This document shows positions 1 through 7,781 of a stretch of 64,000 nucleotides of DNA, piece by piece. Origin of the DNA: a virus; UHGV virus genome UHGV-1351279; one strand, given 5' to 3'. Every line of letters begins with the position of its first letter. Within the stretch, counting starts at the first letter, position 1. The notes beneath the pieces were generated by a model. It made no database searches. It was not told where the DNA came from and worked only from the letters and a program-made list of their open reading frames with translations. The position numbers and the translations under genes were made by a program.

Positions 1-14
1 AAATACAAGAAAGA

Positions 15-32
15 GTGTGGGTTCTCTTGTAA
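15..32 (-). promoter_or_regulatory. copy 1 of a conserved ~18-nt motif GTGTGGGTTCTCTTGTAA. It faces a leftward gene that lies beyond the window start.
   Basis: Near-identical copies at 705-725 and 1257-1275, each 30-60 nt upstream of a leftward start codon. Confidence 0.3.
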
Positions 33-37
33 TTTGA

Positions 38-101
38 GGGTTTTAGAATAAAACCCGAAAGGGCTTGAAAAGCCCTATAAAAGAGCTTCCTGAAAGGAAG
101 C
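38..101. other. three consecutive short GC-stem hairpins with tGAAA-type loops (38-56 GGGTTTT/AAAACCC; 61-75 GGGCT/AGCCC; 85-101 GCTTCC/GGAAGC)
   Basis: Inverted repeats read directly from the sequence. They are GC-rich islands in AT-rich DNA. Confidence 0.35.
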
Positions 102-116
102 AATAAAAGGGTTAAT

Positions 117-138
117 TATACCATATATATTATGGTAT
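117..138. repeat. AT-rich perfect palindrome TACCATATATATTATGGTA, copy 1
   Basis: Self-complementary sequence. A second near-identical copy lies at 242-266. Confidence 0.45.
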
Positions 139-241
139 AGATAAAAGGGGAAATAAGGCTGCTGAGTTGACACTTATTTCAGGGAAGAGAAACCTTTCTA
201 TTTAGTAGACACTTATTAGCCCCCTTTATAGATAAAAGGTT

Positions 242-266
242 TATACCATATAATATATATGGTATA
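242..266. repeat. palindrome TATACCATATAATATATATGGTATA, copy 2
   Basis: Same arms as 117-138, about 125 bp away. This is a candidate pair of protein-binding sites. Confidence 0.45.
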
Positions 267-272
267 AAAATA

Positions 273-293
273 AAAGGGGATTTCTCCCCTTTT
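273..293. terminator. hairpin AAAGGGGA-tttc-TCCCCTTTT with A/T runs on both sides. It is the likely terminator of the leftward 451-672 unit.
   Basis: An 8-bp GC stem, with a U-run following on the minus strand (TTTTATTTTTAT). Confidence 0.5.
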
Positions 294-405
294 ATAGTAG
301 TGAAGTCCATAGGTAAGCTGCTGTTATAACAAATATAACAGCTATTAATCCTATTAGTTCACCATAATTATCCTCATCAATAAAGGAGTTTAAGAACTTT
401 TTCAT
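292..405 (-). CDS. possible 37-aa small membrane peptide (MKKFLNSFIDEDNYGELIGLIAVIFVITAAYLWTSLL). It is absent from the ORF track because it is under 60 aa.
   Basis: Hand translation of the reverse strand from ATG 405 to TAA 292. It has a single hydrophobic helix and lies between the 73-aa gene and the hairpin. Confidence 0.15.
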   Translation of the reverse strand: MKKFLNSFIDEDNYGELIGLIAVIFVITAAYLWTSLL

Positions 406-450
406 GATAATAATATTTAAGAGTTAAACAATAAAGGAGAAGAATGAGCA

Positions 451-672
451 TTAAAGCCCATTCTTCTTTTGATGCCAATCAAAGTATTTATTCATACTTT
501 GATTAGTTTCAAGACCCCATAACATAAGGTGACAGAGTATTATACCTGTAAAAGTATAAAACTCAAAAGTATCACCTTTAGGGTCAAGAACACCTACTAA
601 TGCAATGAAGACAGTAAGTGACAACAATAAAATTGTTGATTTAACATTGAAAAAGGATTTCCAAAAGTTCAT
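451..672 (-). CDS. small membrane protein (two hydrophobic helices), function unknown
   Basis: ORF track, ATG at 672. The conserved motif lies 33 nt upstream. Confidence 0.4.
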   Translation of the reverse strand: MNFWKSFFNVKSTILLLSLTVFIALVGVLDPKGDTFEFYTFTGIILCHLMLWGLETNQSMNKYFDWHQKKNGL

Positions 673-704
673 GATGTATAGTATTTAAGTTAATTCAAGA
701 AGAT

Positions 705-725
705 GTGTGGGTTCTTATAAACCCA
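705..725 (-). promoter_or_regulatory. copy 2 of the conserved motif (GTGTGGGTTCTTATAAACCCA), 33 nt upstream of the 73-aa gene start
   Basis: Aligned by eye with copies at 15-32 and 1257-1275. Confidence 0.3.
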
Positions 726-779
726 TCTTTCTGAAAGAAAGATGAAGAAAGGACTTGAGAATCAAGTCCTTTCTATGAG

Positions 780-1196
780 TTAGAATGGATATTCTAACTC
801 TTGTTGTGTAGGCACCATAGATTTTGCCCAATCTCCACTAATTAACTCCTTTAAGAATGTAGACCTCTCAAACAAGTTAACGAGTTCTTTATCTAAAGCA
901 CAACTTAGCTTAGGTCTTATACCATATTCATATAAGGTGTATACAGCTTCATTTGTGCTTACTGCAATACTATAAAAGTTCCAATCTCCTTTTATCTTAT
1001 CAAGATAATGGCCATGGTCTTTTAGGTATTGTAGAGCAACAAGAACATTTGATGTAGAGTCAAGAGAACCTGATGCCAAAGATTCAGAGACAAACACATC
1101 AAAGTTGTGTACAAAACTTTTGAAAGAGTTGCACAAAGAATCTGCCTTAGCAGGTATGGAAGATTCAAAAGAAGAAATGATAACTTCAAGTTCCAT
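780..1196 (-). CDS. hypothetical protein (138 aa)
   Basis: ORF track. ATG at 1194-1196. Confidence 0.45.
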   Translation of the reverse strand: MELEVIISSFESSIPAKADSLCNSFKSFVHNFDVFVSESLASGSLDSTSNVLVALQYLKDHGHYLDKIKGDWNFYSIAVSTNEAVYTLYEYGIRPKLSCALDKELVNLFERSTFLKELISGDWAKSMVPTQQELEYPF

Positions 1197-1212
1197 GATG
1201 TAAGTAATTTAG

Positions 1213-1240
1213 TACTCCCCCAAATATGGGAGGGGGAGTT
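1213..1240. other. GC-rich hairpin ACTCCCCC...GGGGGAGT in the 5' leader of the 138-aa leftward gene
   Basis: 8-bp C/G stem read from the sequence, 17-44 nt upstream of the minus-strand ATG. Confidence 0.35.
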
Positions 1241-1256
1241 TGTTATTCCAGAATTA

Positions 1257-1275
1257 GTGGGGGGTCTCTTGTAAA
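1257..1275 (-). promoter_or_regulatory. copy 3 of the conserved motif (GTGGGGGGTCTCTTGTAAA), 61 nt upstream of the 138-aa gene
   Basis: Aligned by eye with copies 1 and 2. Confidence 0.3.
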
Positions 1276-1379
1276 TAGGCTCACATCTTTATTCTCACTC
1301 ACAAAATCAAAAAATTTCCAGAAAAATTTTTTACTTTACTTTGTCATGTGATATTTTTTTTGTATCTTTGCCCCTGACC

Positions 1380-2160
1380 ACCACTACTGTTCTAAAAGTG
1401 GGTTCAGATGTAGCAGTAAACTGAAGAGTTCAAGATACATTTTAGTTGGTATATAATCCTAAAGAAGGTGTTTTATGGTTACTATTAGGAAAGTAGCTGA
1501 GTAGCAATAAGGCATTACATATTGGATAAGAGAGCCATAGGTCACAAAGTTTGATAGGTTATATAGGTTAGGGGAAAGTTCCTTAATTTGATAAGCTTCG
1601 GGTTAAGCAATATATAACTGATAAGTTCAATAAATTTCAGTACTACACCGCAGAACAGGTAGTCCCTTGAGAAAGGATATGGTACATAGTTGTTAAATTA
1701 GCACTGGATTAGTTATGCAACGGAAAGGCTCATAGAAGTCACCTGAGAGAGCTACAGGACTAAACAGGTTTAGCAAGCCAAAGCGGGGAGGGAATTTAGT
1801 AGTTTAGTGTACATAGATGAATTTGCATGCTAAGGAATTAGTATTGTTACACTAAGGGCAAATATCTAAGAGTATTATTTAATAATATGTTTGATTAGAT
1901 TGTAACCGCCTGAAAAGATAAAGAGCTTCAAACACACTTCACCATAAATCAAATGGTAAGTCACTAAGAGATTCTTTTGTTCCACTTTTTATTATGAGGA
2001 TTAACAAGGGTTAATACGAGATTTTAAGAAGGTTTGGGAGCGCGAAGGGCCTCTTAGGGAGGACTTTTTTGAGCTCTTCGGAGCGTAAAAAGAAAAGTTC
2101 ATGAAATGAAGTTTGATTTACGCGCGAAGGGCAAAAAGTTACTTTCGCAGATATTGTATA
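1380..2160. other. ORF-free, locally GC-enriched divergent intergenic region. It is a candidate structured ncRNA and/or replication origin.
   Basis: No ORF of 60 aa or more in any frame. GC-rich stems include UUCG-loop hairpins (GCTC-TTCG-GAGC at 2072-2084). GCGCGAAGGGC is directly repeated at 2040-2050 and 2122-2132. Confidence 0.25.
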
Positions 2161-2204
2161 GAATACTGATTGTTTTGTTGTATATATAAATGGTTAATTT
2201 TCAA

Positions 2205-2229
2205 GTGTTTAGATTAAATATCTAAACAC
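2205..2229. promoter_or_regulatory. perfect 10-bp inverted repeat GTGTTTAGAT-taaat-ATCTAAACAC. It is a candidate operator just upstream of the first rightward gene.
   Basis: Perfect palindrome read from the sequence. It sits ~25 nt upstream of a TAATTTTG -7-like motif. Confidence 0.4.
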
Positions 2230-2252
2230 TTTTTTTATTGATTAAAGTTTTG

Positions 2253-2260
2253 TAATTTTG
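2253..2260 (+). promoter_or_regulatory. TAATTTTG. It matches the Bacteroidota -7 consensus TAnnTTTG, 21 nt upstream of ATG 2282.
   Basis: The motif match is seen in the sequence. This 8-mer is expected by chance several times in AT-rich DNA, so support is weak. Confidence 0.25.
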
Positions 2261-2281
2261 TAGCGTTAAAGTTAAATAGTG

Positions 2282-2644
2282 ATGAAGGTAATAAGTAAGA
2301 GTATTGTTTTAAGTGGTTCTTTATATTATAGGAGACACTTAGAGTTAATAAACCCTATGTTACCAAGAAGGTTAACAGAGGGGGAGATTAATGTTTTATC
2401 AGAGTTTATGTTTTTGAAAGGTTTAGAGGATAAGTTTGATAAGACAGGTAGAAAGGCTGTGATGGATAAATTAGGTTTAAGCTTTAGTAGTTTGACTAAT
2501 TATTTATCTTCTTTAAGGAAGAAAGGTTTTATCATTAAGAATGCAATTGATAGTTATGATATTGTACCTATTTTATTGAGTGATAATGATAAGATGGTTT
2601 ATAACTTTAAGATAGAGAATTATGAAGAACAGGATAAGAACTAA
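2282..2644 (+). CDS. small early protein with a probable helix-turn-helix (KLGLSFSSLTNYLSSLRKKGFI). The ORF-track start at 2279 is GTG, and ATG 2282 is preferred.
   Basis: ORF track. HTH-like segment read by eye. It is the first gene of the rightward block. Confidence 0.4.
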   Translation: MKVISKSIVLSGSLYYRRHLELINPMLPRRLTEGEINVLSEFMFLKGLEDKFDKTGRKAVMDKLGLSFSSLTNYLSSLRKKGFIIKNAIDSYDIVPILLSDNDKMVYNFKIENYEEQDKN

Positions 2645-3011
2645 TGGGGTACATAGGGAAAGGTCTTATAGTTCTAAGACTTTTGATTATGTAAAGGATT
2701 GTTATTTTAAGGTTATAAGGGATAAGTATGAAGGTTTAGATTTCTGTCATTTTGAGATGATGGTAAATAGCCTTTTTGAGTATGTAAGGGAGTGTTTGGA
2801 TAGTTATGATTTCAAGAAGATTTATTTACAAGGTTTTTGTTATATGAAGCCACAAGCAAGGAGGATAGAGCTTATGACAAAAAAGTTAGAAGAGTTTGTG
2901 GAGAACAATAAAGATTCATTTACAGAGGAGTCAAGAAAAAGATATTTAATACACATAGAAAAATGCAAGAACTTTTTAAAGAACCATCAAGAAGAGCAAG
3001 ACCAACAGTAA
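2622..3011 (+). CDS. hypothetical protein (129 aa)
   Basis: ORF track. Overlaps the upstream gene by 23 nt. Confidence 0.4.
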   Translation: MKNRIRTNGVHRERSYSSKTFDYVKDCYFKVIRDKYEGLDFCHFEMMVNSLFEYVRECLDSYDFKKIYLQGFCYMKPQARRIELMTKKLEEFVENNKDSFTEESRKRYLIHIEKCKNFLKNHQEEQDQQ

Positions 3012-3376
3012 GGAATATATTGTCTTATATACAAGGTAATATAAGGTATAGGTTATATTATAGCAAGAAGCTTTATGGTGTTGATTTAAGTTGGCTATTA
3101 CCTAAGTGGCTGAAAGAGCAGATTGAGCTTAGGATAGATAGTATGGATAGGGAATGTTATAATAATGGGAGTTGTAAGATATGTGGTTGTAAGACTACAG
3201 AGTTACAATTTGCAGATAAAGCATGTGATAAGCCTTGTTACCCTTTTATGTTGAGTAAGAAGCAATGGTATATTTTTTGTGATACAGGATTAGTTTTTGA
3301 TGCTAAGACAGACATGTTTTGGCAGAAGAGGAATAGTAAATTCACTCCTTTTAAGGGGGTTGGTAAAAAGATATAA
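2963..3376 (+). CDS. Cys-rich hypothetical protein (CxxC-type cluster CKICGCK...C...C), possibly zinc-binding
   Basis: ORF track. Cys spacing read by eye. Confidence 0.4.
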   Translation: MQELFKEPSRRARPTVRNILSYIQGNIRYRLYYSKKLYGVDLSWLLPKWLKEQIELRIDSMDRECYNNGSCKICGCKTTELQFADKACDKPCYPFMLSKKQWYIFCDTGLVFDAKTDMFWQKRNSKFTPFKGVGKKI

Positions 3377-3378
3377 CA

Positions 3379-3678
3379 ATGAGTAAATTTAAAGAACAAG
3401 AGATAGATTTAGGAGTAATTAAAAGTGGCAGTAATGTACTTTTTAATTATGAGAGTATAGAGGATATAAAGGATAAGATTTCTTATGTAGAACCTGGTTG
3501 TGGAGGTTGTACTAAGATATTAGGTTATGATAATAAGCTTTTGAAAGTAAAGTTTGTATCAGGTAGTTTTCCTGTGCATATAAATAATGATAGGTACAGT
3601 GTCACAAAAGTTATAAGGGTTTATTATAAAGATGGTACAGAGGAAGAATTGAAATATAAAGCAATAATTTTTAAATAA
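3379..3678 (+). CDS. hypothetical protein (99 aa)
   Basis: ORF track. Its stop overlaps the next start (TAATG). Confidence 0.45.
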   Translation: MSKFKEQEIDLGVIKSGSNVLFNYESIEDIKDKISYVEPGCGGCTKILGYDNKLLKVKFVSGSFPVHINNDRYSVTKVIRVYYKDGTEEELKYKAIIFK

Positions 3679-4247
3679 TGAAAAAGTATACAGATGAGCA
3701 ATTGCTTAACAAGGTTAAGTCTTTGCAAGGTTTTAAAGGTATTCCTGATGGATATTGGATATTAGGATTACAGAGTAAAGAAGATAAGTTCAATGAGTTT
3801 GATGATAAGTTTTACCTTTTTAAGGGAGAAAAATTTATCATGGTAACTACAGGAACTACTAATGCTGGTCTTACAGGTTTAAAGAATTATGATACTTATA
3901 ATTCTGAGGGTTGTGCTGTTATTAAAACAGATGAGTGGTATTATAAGCTTTGGACACCTGGATTACATAAAGGTAAGATGAGGGCTTTAAAGCAAGCCAA
4001 TAATATTAAGTATTACAGGGATTGGAATAAGAATGAGAAGGTTGAGGAGATTGGAAAGTTAAGAGAAGGTATTATTGGTATTAACTTTCACACAGCAAGT
4101 TATCAACCTTATAATGTTATTACAAGGCTTATAGGAGGTTGGAGTACAGGTTGTCAGGTAGTTAATAATACAGCTGATTACTATAAGATATTGGATTTTA
4201 TAGGTAATCAAAAAGAAGTAAGTTATTGTTTAATCAAAGAGTTTTAA
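3678..4247 (+). CDS. hypothetical protein with a His...Cys pair (INFHTAS ... GGWSTGCQV). This resembles an L,D-transpeptidase/YkuD-type catalytic signature, so it may be a cell-wall-active enzyme.
   Basis: ORF track. Motif resemblance only. Confidence 0.45.
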   Translation: MKKYTDEQLLNKVKSLQGFKGIPDGYWILGLQSKEDKFNEFDDKFYLFKGEKFIMVTTGTTNAGLTGLKNYDTYNSEGCAVIKTDEWYYKLWTPGLHKGKMRALKQANNIKYYRDWNKNEKVEEIGKLREGIIGINFHTASYQPYNVITRLIGGWSTGCQVVNNTADYYKILDFIGNQKEVSYCLIKEF

Positions 4248-4248
4248 T

Positions 4249-4455
4249 ATGAAAGTTATAGAAGTATTTGTAGTAAAGACCTATGACAAGGTAAGTTCTA
4301 AGGTTGAGTTTTTGTTTATTGACAGGAAAGACTACTTTATTGATTCAGTTCTTTATGAGGAGCTAAACAGAGTTTCTTATGCTGATGCTTGTAAGAAGTT
4401 CAAGCAGAAGAACCCTTTACCTGTTGATAGTGAGTATAAATTTATTATAAGTTAG
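4249..4455 (+). CDS. hypothetical protein (68 aa)
   Basis: ORF track. Tightly packed. Confidence 0.35.
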   Translation: MKVIEVFVVKTYDKVSSKVEFLFIDRKDYFIDSVLYEELNRVSYADACKKFKQKNPLPVDSEYKFIIS

Positions 4456-4457
4456 TT

Positions 4458-4826
4458 ATGGCATATATTATGATTAATGGCAATAAAGTATATTGGGAAG
4501 ATTATTTAGAGTTAGCTAAAAAGTTAAAAGAAATAGATGATTTACCTAAGATTGTATCTGGTACTGTAAGTTGGAGTAAAGATAAAAAAGAACTAAAAAC
4601 TGTAGATGGCTCTTCTGCTTTAGATAATAAGAAGAGAGAATATCCAAAGCATGTCTTGATTGAGAGAAGTGTTGTAAAAAATGTGTATGAGTTTAACTTT
4701 ATTGACTTAGAGACTAAAGAGTTTTATTGGAGCTTTTATAGTGACAGCTTAAATTACAATGTAGCTAAGAAAGCCTTTGAAGGTGTGTTTAAATATAAAG
4801 GAGTAAAATATTATTTAGAGGAGTAA
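4458..4826 (+). CDS. hypothetical protein (122 aa)
   Basis: ORF track. Confidence 0.45.
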   Translation: MAYIMINGNKVYWEDYLELAKKLKEIDDLPKIVSGTVSWSKDKKELKTVDGSSALDNKKREYPKHVLIERSVVKNVYEFNFIDLETKEFYWSFYSDSLNYNVAKKAFEGVFKYKGVKYYLEE

Positions 4827-5380
4827 TGGCATATTTATTTGTATTAGAGAATAACATAGCCAGACCACATCCTGAAACTGTTTTGATTGAACCTTTTAAG
4901 ACTATATGGGAGAGAGATACAAACAGAGATAAATCTAATGCAATCAGGGATTTTACCTTTATTGAACTTATGAGCAGTAAAAGGAAGACTAATCCTTATG
5001 CTGGATATAGTGATAAGCAAAGATTTGAAAAATTAAAGGAGATGCTTAAGTATCCAGCAAATTGGCAGCCTGATGATGAGATTAAGTTTGCTTTGTATAA
5101 GATAGAAGAGTTTCAGACAGAAGGGAGTTTTAACTATGTTATGTATAAACAGTCTTTAGAGACATTGATAAAGACACGAGAATACCTTTTAAATATTGAC
5201 CTTAATGAGAGAACTAAGTCAGGGATACCTGTATATAAACCAGCTGATGTGTATTCTGCTATTGAGAAAGTAGAAAAGATTATGACTTCACTAAATAACT
5301 TAAAAGAAAAGGTAGACCAGGAATTGTTTGACCAAACAAGGACAAGAGGTAATAAAACTATTAATCCATTAGAAAATTAA
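4826..5380 (+). CDS. hypothetical protein (184 aa). It is a positional candidate for a small terminase subunit.
   Basis: ORF track. The position upstream of the large terminase is the only argument. Confidence 0.45.
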   Translation: MAYLFVLENNIARPHPETVLIEPFKTIWERDTNRDKSNAIRDFTFIELMSSKRKTNPYAGYSDKQRFEKLKEMLKYPANWQPDDEIKFALYKIEEFQTEGSFNYVMYKQSLETLIKTREYLLNIDLNERTKSGIPVYKPADVYSAIEKVEKIMTSLNNLKEKVDQELFDQTRTRGNKTINPLEN

Positions 5381-5381
5381 T

Positions 5382-5594
5382 ATGAAAAGAACAGCAAAAG
5401 AAATAGATAACTTTAAAGAATTTAAACAAGAATATTTTGATTATAATGAGTTTCTAATAAAAGGTAATAAGGATAAGCTTAAATCTTTTTATGATGAGGG
5501 TGTAAAGTTACATTTTATTAGAGAGGTTGTAGATTTGAAATTTCCTATAACTATAGTTGGTAACAGAACAATTCATTTTGAATTAGATGAGTAA
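5382..5594 (+). CDS. hypothetical protein (70 aa)
   Basis: ORF track. Overlaps the next gene by 8 nt. Confidence 0.35.
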   Translation: MKRTAKEIDNFKEFKQEYFDYNEFLIKGNKDKLKSFYDEGVKLHFIREVVDLKFPITIVGNRTIHFELDE

Positions 5595-7779
5595 GATTAG
5601 AGATAATAATGGTAGATGGAAAGATACTTCTGTGTTTAGACAAGAAGCCATAAGGTTTCTTGAGAAAGGCTATTACACAGAAGCTCCTTATGGTACTCCT
5701 GAGTGGCTTGAATATTGGAAAGAGCAACTCAGGAGGTGCATAGAGGGTTATGAGGTATATGGAGAAAAAATTACAGGACATCACTATTGTTATCTCAACT
5801 TTGCTCAGATATTAAAAATGAAGTTTGATGATGAAGATGAAGAAGAGACATTAGCTACAAAAGAGGTTAGTTTTCCAGACTTTTGGGATGGTGATTATAA
5901 TTTCTTCTGGTCATTAGAAATAGCAAGGAATGGTATATGTTCCTCAATGACTCAAGTTCCGAGTAGGCCTAATGAAAGAAAAGAGTGGAATGAGCTTAAT
6001 AAGAAACTAAAGAAGTTAGAAACTGACAATGAAGAGTATGATAAGGTAAAAAAGAAAAGGGATAATATATCTCAAAAGATACTTGATAGATTAGGTTTAT
6101 TTGTAAAACCTCACTTAGATTACCTTAATGGAGGTTACCACTTTGTAGTAGGTAAAGCACGTCGTAGAGGTTATTCTTATAAGACATCTCTTATAATAGC
6201 TAATATATACAATACTATAAGGAATAAACTTTCTTTAATAGGTGCTTATGAAAAGAAGTTCATTGACCAAACAATGGATAAAACATTAGAGTATTTGAAC
6301 TTCTTTAATGAGTATACAGGCTTTTCTAAGAACAGATTAGTTGATAAGAAGAACTTTATAAAAGCTGGCTATATAGAAGAGGTTAATGGGGTTAATGTAG
6401 AAAAAGGTTATAAATCTGTAATTGATGCTACAAGAACTTTTAAAGATAATCCTGATGCCATGCGTGGTGTGGATGCCTTTTTTATATTACTTGAAGAGGT
6501 TGGTGCTTTTGATAATCTAAAAGACTCTTTTAATGCTATTGCACCTTCACTTACAGCAGGTAGTAAGATTACAGGACAGATATGTTTGATTGGTACTTCA
6601 GGAGACCTTTTAGGGGGTACTAAGGATTATGCTGATATGTTTTTTAATCCTATACCCTATGGATTTATGCCTTTTATAAATATATGGGATAAAGATGCTG
6701 AGGATACTACTTGTGGCTTTTTTCACCCTATTAGTTGGAATCTTGAAGGTTTCTATGATGAGCAAGGTAATTCTGATATAGAAGCTGCTACAATTTGGGA
6801 AAACCAAAGAAGAAAAAAACTTTTGGATAATTCTACAAATAGCTTAATTTTGCAGAAGCATATTCAAGAGTTTCCTTTATGTCCTGCTGATGCTTTTAGT
6901 ATGGCAAATATTAATGTATTTCCTACTGTAGAGCTAAGAAACAGGCTTAATAAAGTAATGTCAGGAAACTTGCATTTAAAGATGGGAACTCCTGTAGAAC
7001 TCTTTTTTGAAGAAGGTAAGGTAGTAGCTAAACCAGATTTAAAGAATAAATTACAACCTATATGGAATTACAGACCTAAAGATAATAATTTAGAGGGTTG
7101 TCCTATAATATATGAATATCCTATAAAATCAGCACCAAAGGGTCTCTATAAAATAGGGTTTGACCCATATAGACAAGATTTATCTAATGGTGTTTCTTTG
7201 GGGGCCATATATGTCTTTAAAGGAGTACATAAAGGTAGTATGACTAAGAATTGTATAGTAGCTCAATATGTAGGAAGACCTCAAGAAAGTGATGATGTAT
7301 CAAGGATAGCCATGATGTTTGCTATATTATATAATACAGAAGTTATGTTTGAGAATGAGGTAACTCATGTAAAGAACTACTTTAGGAGAATGAATAGGCT
7401 TGATTTATTAGCTTTACAGCCTGATAGGGTAATTTCTAATAATATAAAAAACTCAAAGGTAGCTCGTGTGTATGGTTGTCACATGAATGAAAAGATGAAA
7501 GATGCTGGAGAGAAGTATATAAAGGATTGGTTACTTGAAGTACAAGAATATGATGAGAATGGTAATCCAATAACTACAATAGATTCTATATATGATATAG
7601 GATTATTAGAGGAGTTAATAGCTTATAACAGAAAGGTAAATGTTGACAGAGTCATGGCATTAATGCAAGTAATGTTTCAAAGACAGGAAGAACAACTTGA
7701 CAAGGTTTATGATGAGGATAGAAAAGATAGGATAGCAGAGGTTTTTGAAGTATTAAAAGGTTTTTATAGAAAAAGATAA
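5587..7779 (+). CDS. terminase large subunit (ATPase plus RNase H-like nuclease)
   Basis: Deviant Walker A VVGKARRRGYSYKTS (K-x-R-R-x-G-x-S type, as in lambda gpA-like terminases). Nuclease-domain signature KIGFDPYRQD (GhDP...D). 730 aa, immediately upstream of the portal. Confidence 0.5.
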   Translation: MSKIRDNNGRWKDTSVFRQEAIRFLEKGYYTEAPYGTPEWLEYWKEQLRRCIEGYEVYGEKITGHHYCYLNFAQILKMKFDDEDEEETLATKEVSFPDFWDGDYNFFWSLEIARNGICSSMTQVPSRPNERKEWNELNKKLKKLETDNEEYDKVKKKRDNISQKILDRLGLFVKPHLDYLNGGYHFVVGKARRRGYSYKTSLIIANIYNTIRNKLSLIGAYEKKFIDQTMDKTLEYLNFFNEYTGFSKNRLVDKKNFIKAGYIEEVNGVNVEKGYKSVIDATRTFKDNPDAMRGVDAFFILLEEVGAFDNLKDSFNAIAPSLTAGSKITGQICLIGTSGDLLGGTKDYADMFFNPIPYGFMPFINIWDKDAEDTTCGFFHPISWNLEGFYDEQGNSDIEAATIWENQRRKKLLDNSTNSLILQKHIQEFPLCPADAFSMANINVFPTVELRNRLNKVMSGNLHLKMGTPVELFFEEGKVVAKPDLKNKLQPIWNYRPKDNNLEGCPIIYEYPIKSAPKGLYKIGFDPYRQDLSNGVSLGAIYVFKGVHKGSMTKNCIVAQYVGRPQESDDVSRIAMMFAILYNTEVMFENEVTHVKNYFRRMNRLDLLALQPDRVISNNIKNSKVARVYGCHMNEKMKDAGEKYIKDWLLEVQEYDENGNPITTIDSIYDIGLLEELIAYNRKVNVDRVMALMQVMFQRQEEQLDKVYDEDRKDRIAEVFEVLKGFYRKR

Positions 7780-7781
7780 CT

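Noticed and set aside
1380-2160. tRNA gene(s) in the non-coding region
   Set aside because: No segment folds into a cloverleaf with a GTTCRANYC-type T-loop and correct acceptor/anticodon geometry. GTTCA occurrences such as ggttcagatg and gagttcaagat lack flanking complementary stems. The region is kept only as a generic structured-RNA/origin candidate.
2622-3376. Programmed frameshift joining the overlapping genes 2622-3011 and 2963-3376
   Set aside because: There is a 49-nt overlap but no slippery heptanucleotide plus downstream structure at the overlap. The two are treated as separate overlapping genes.
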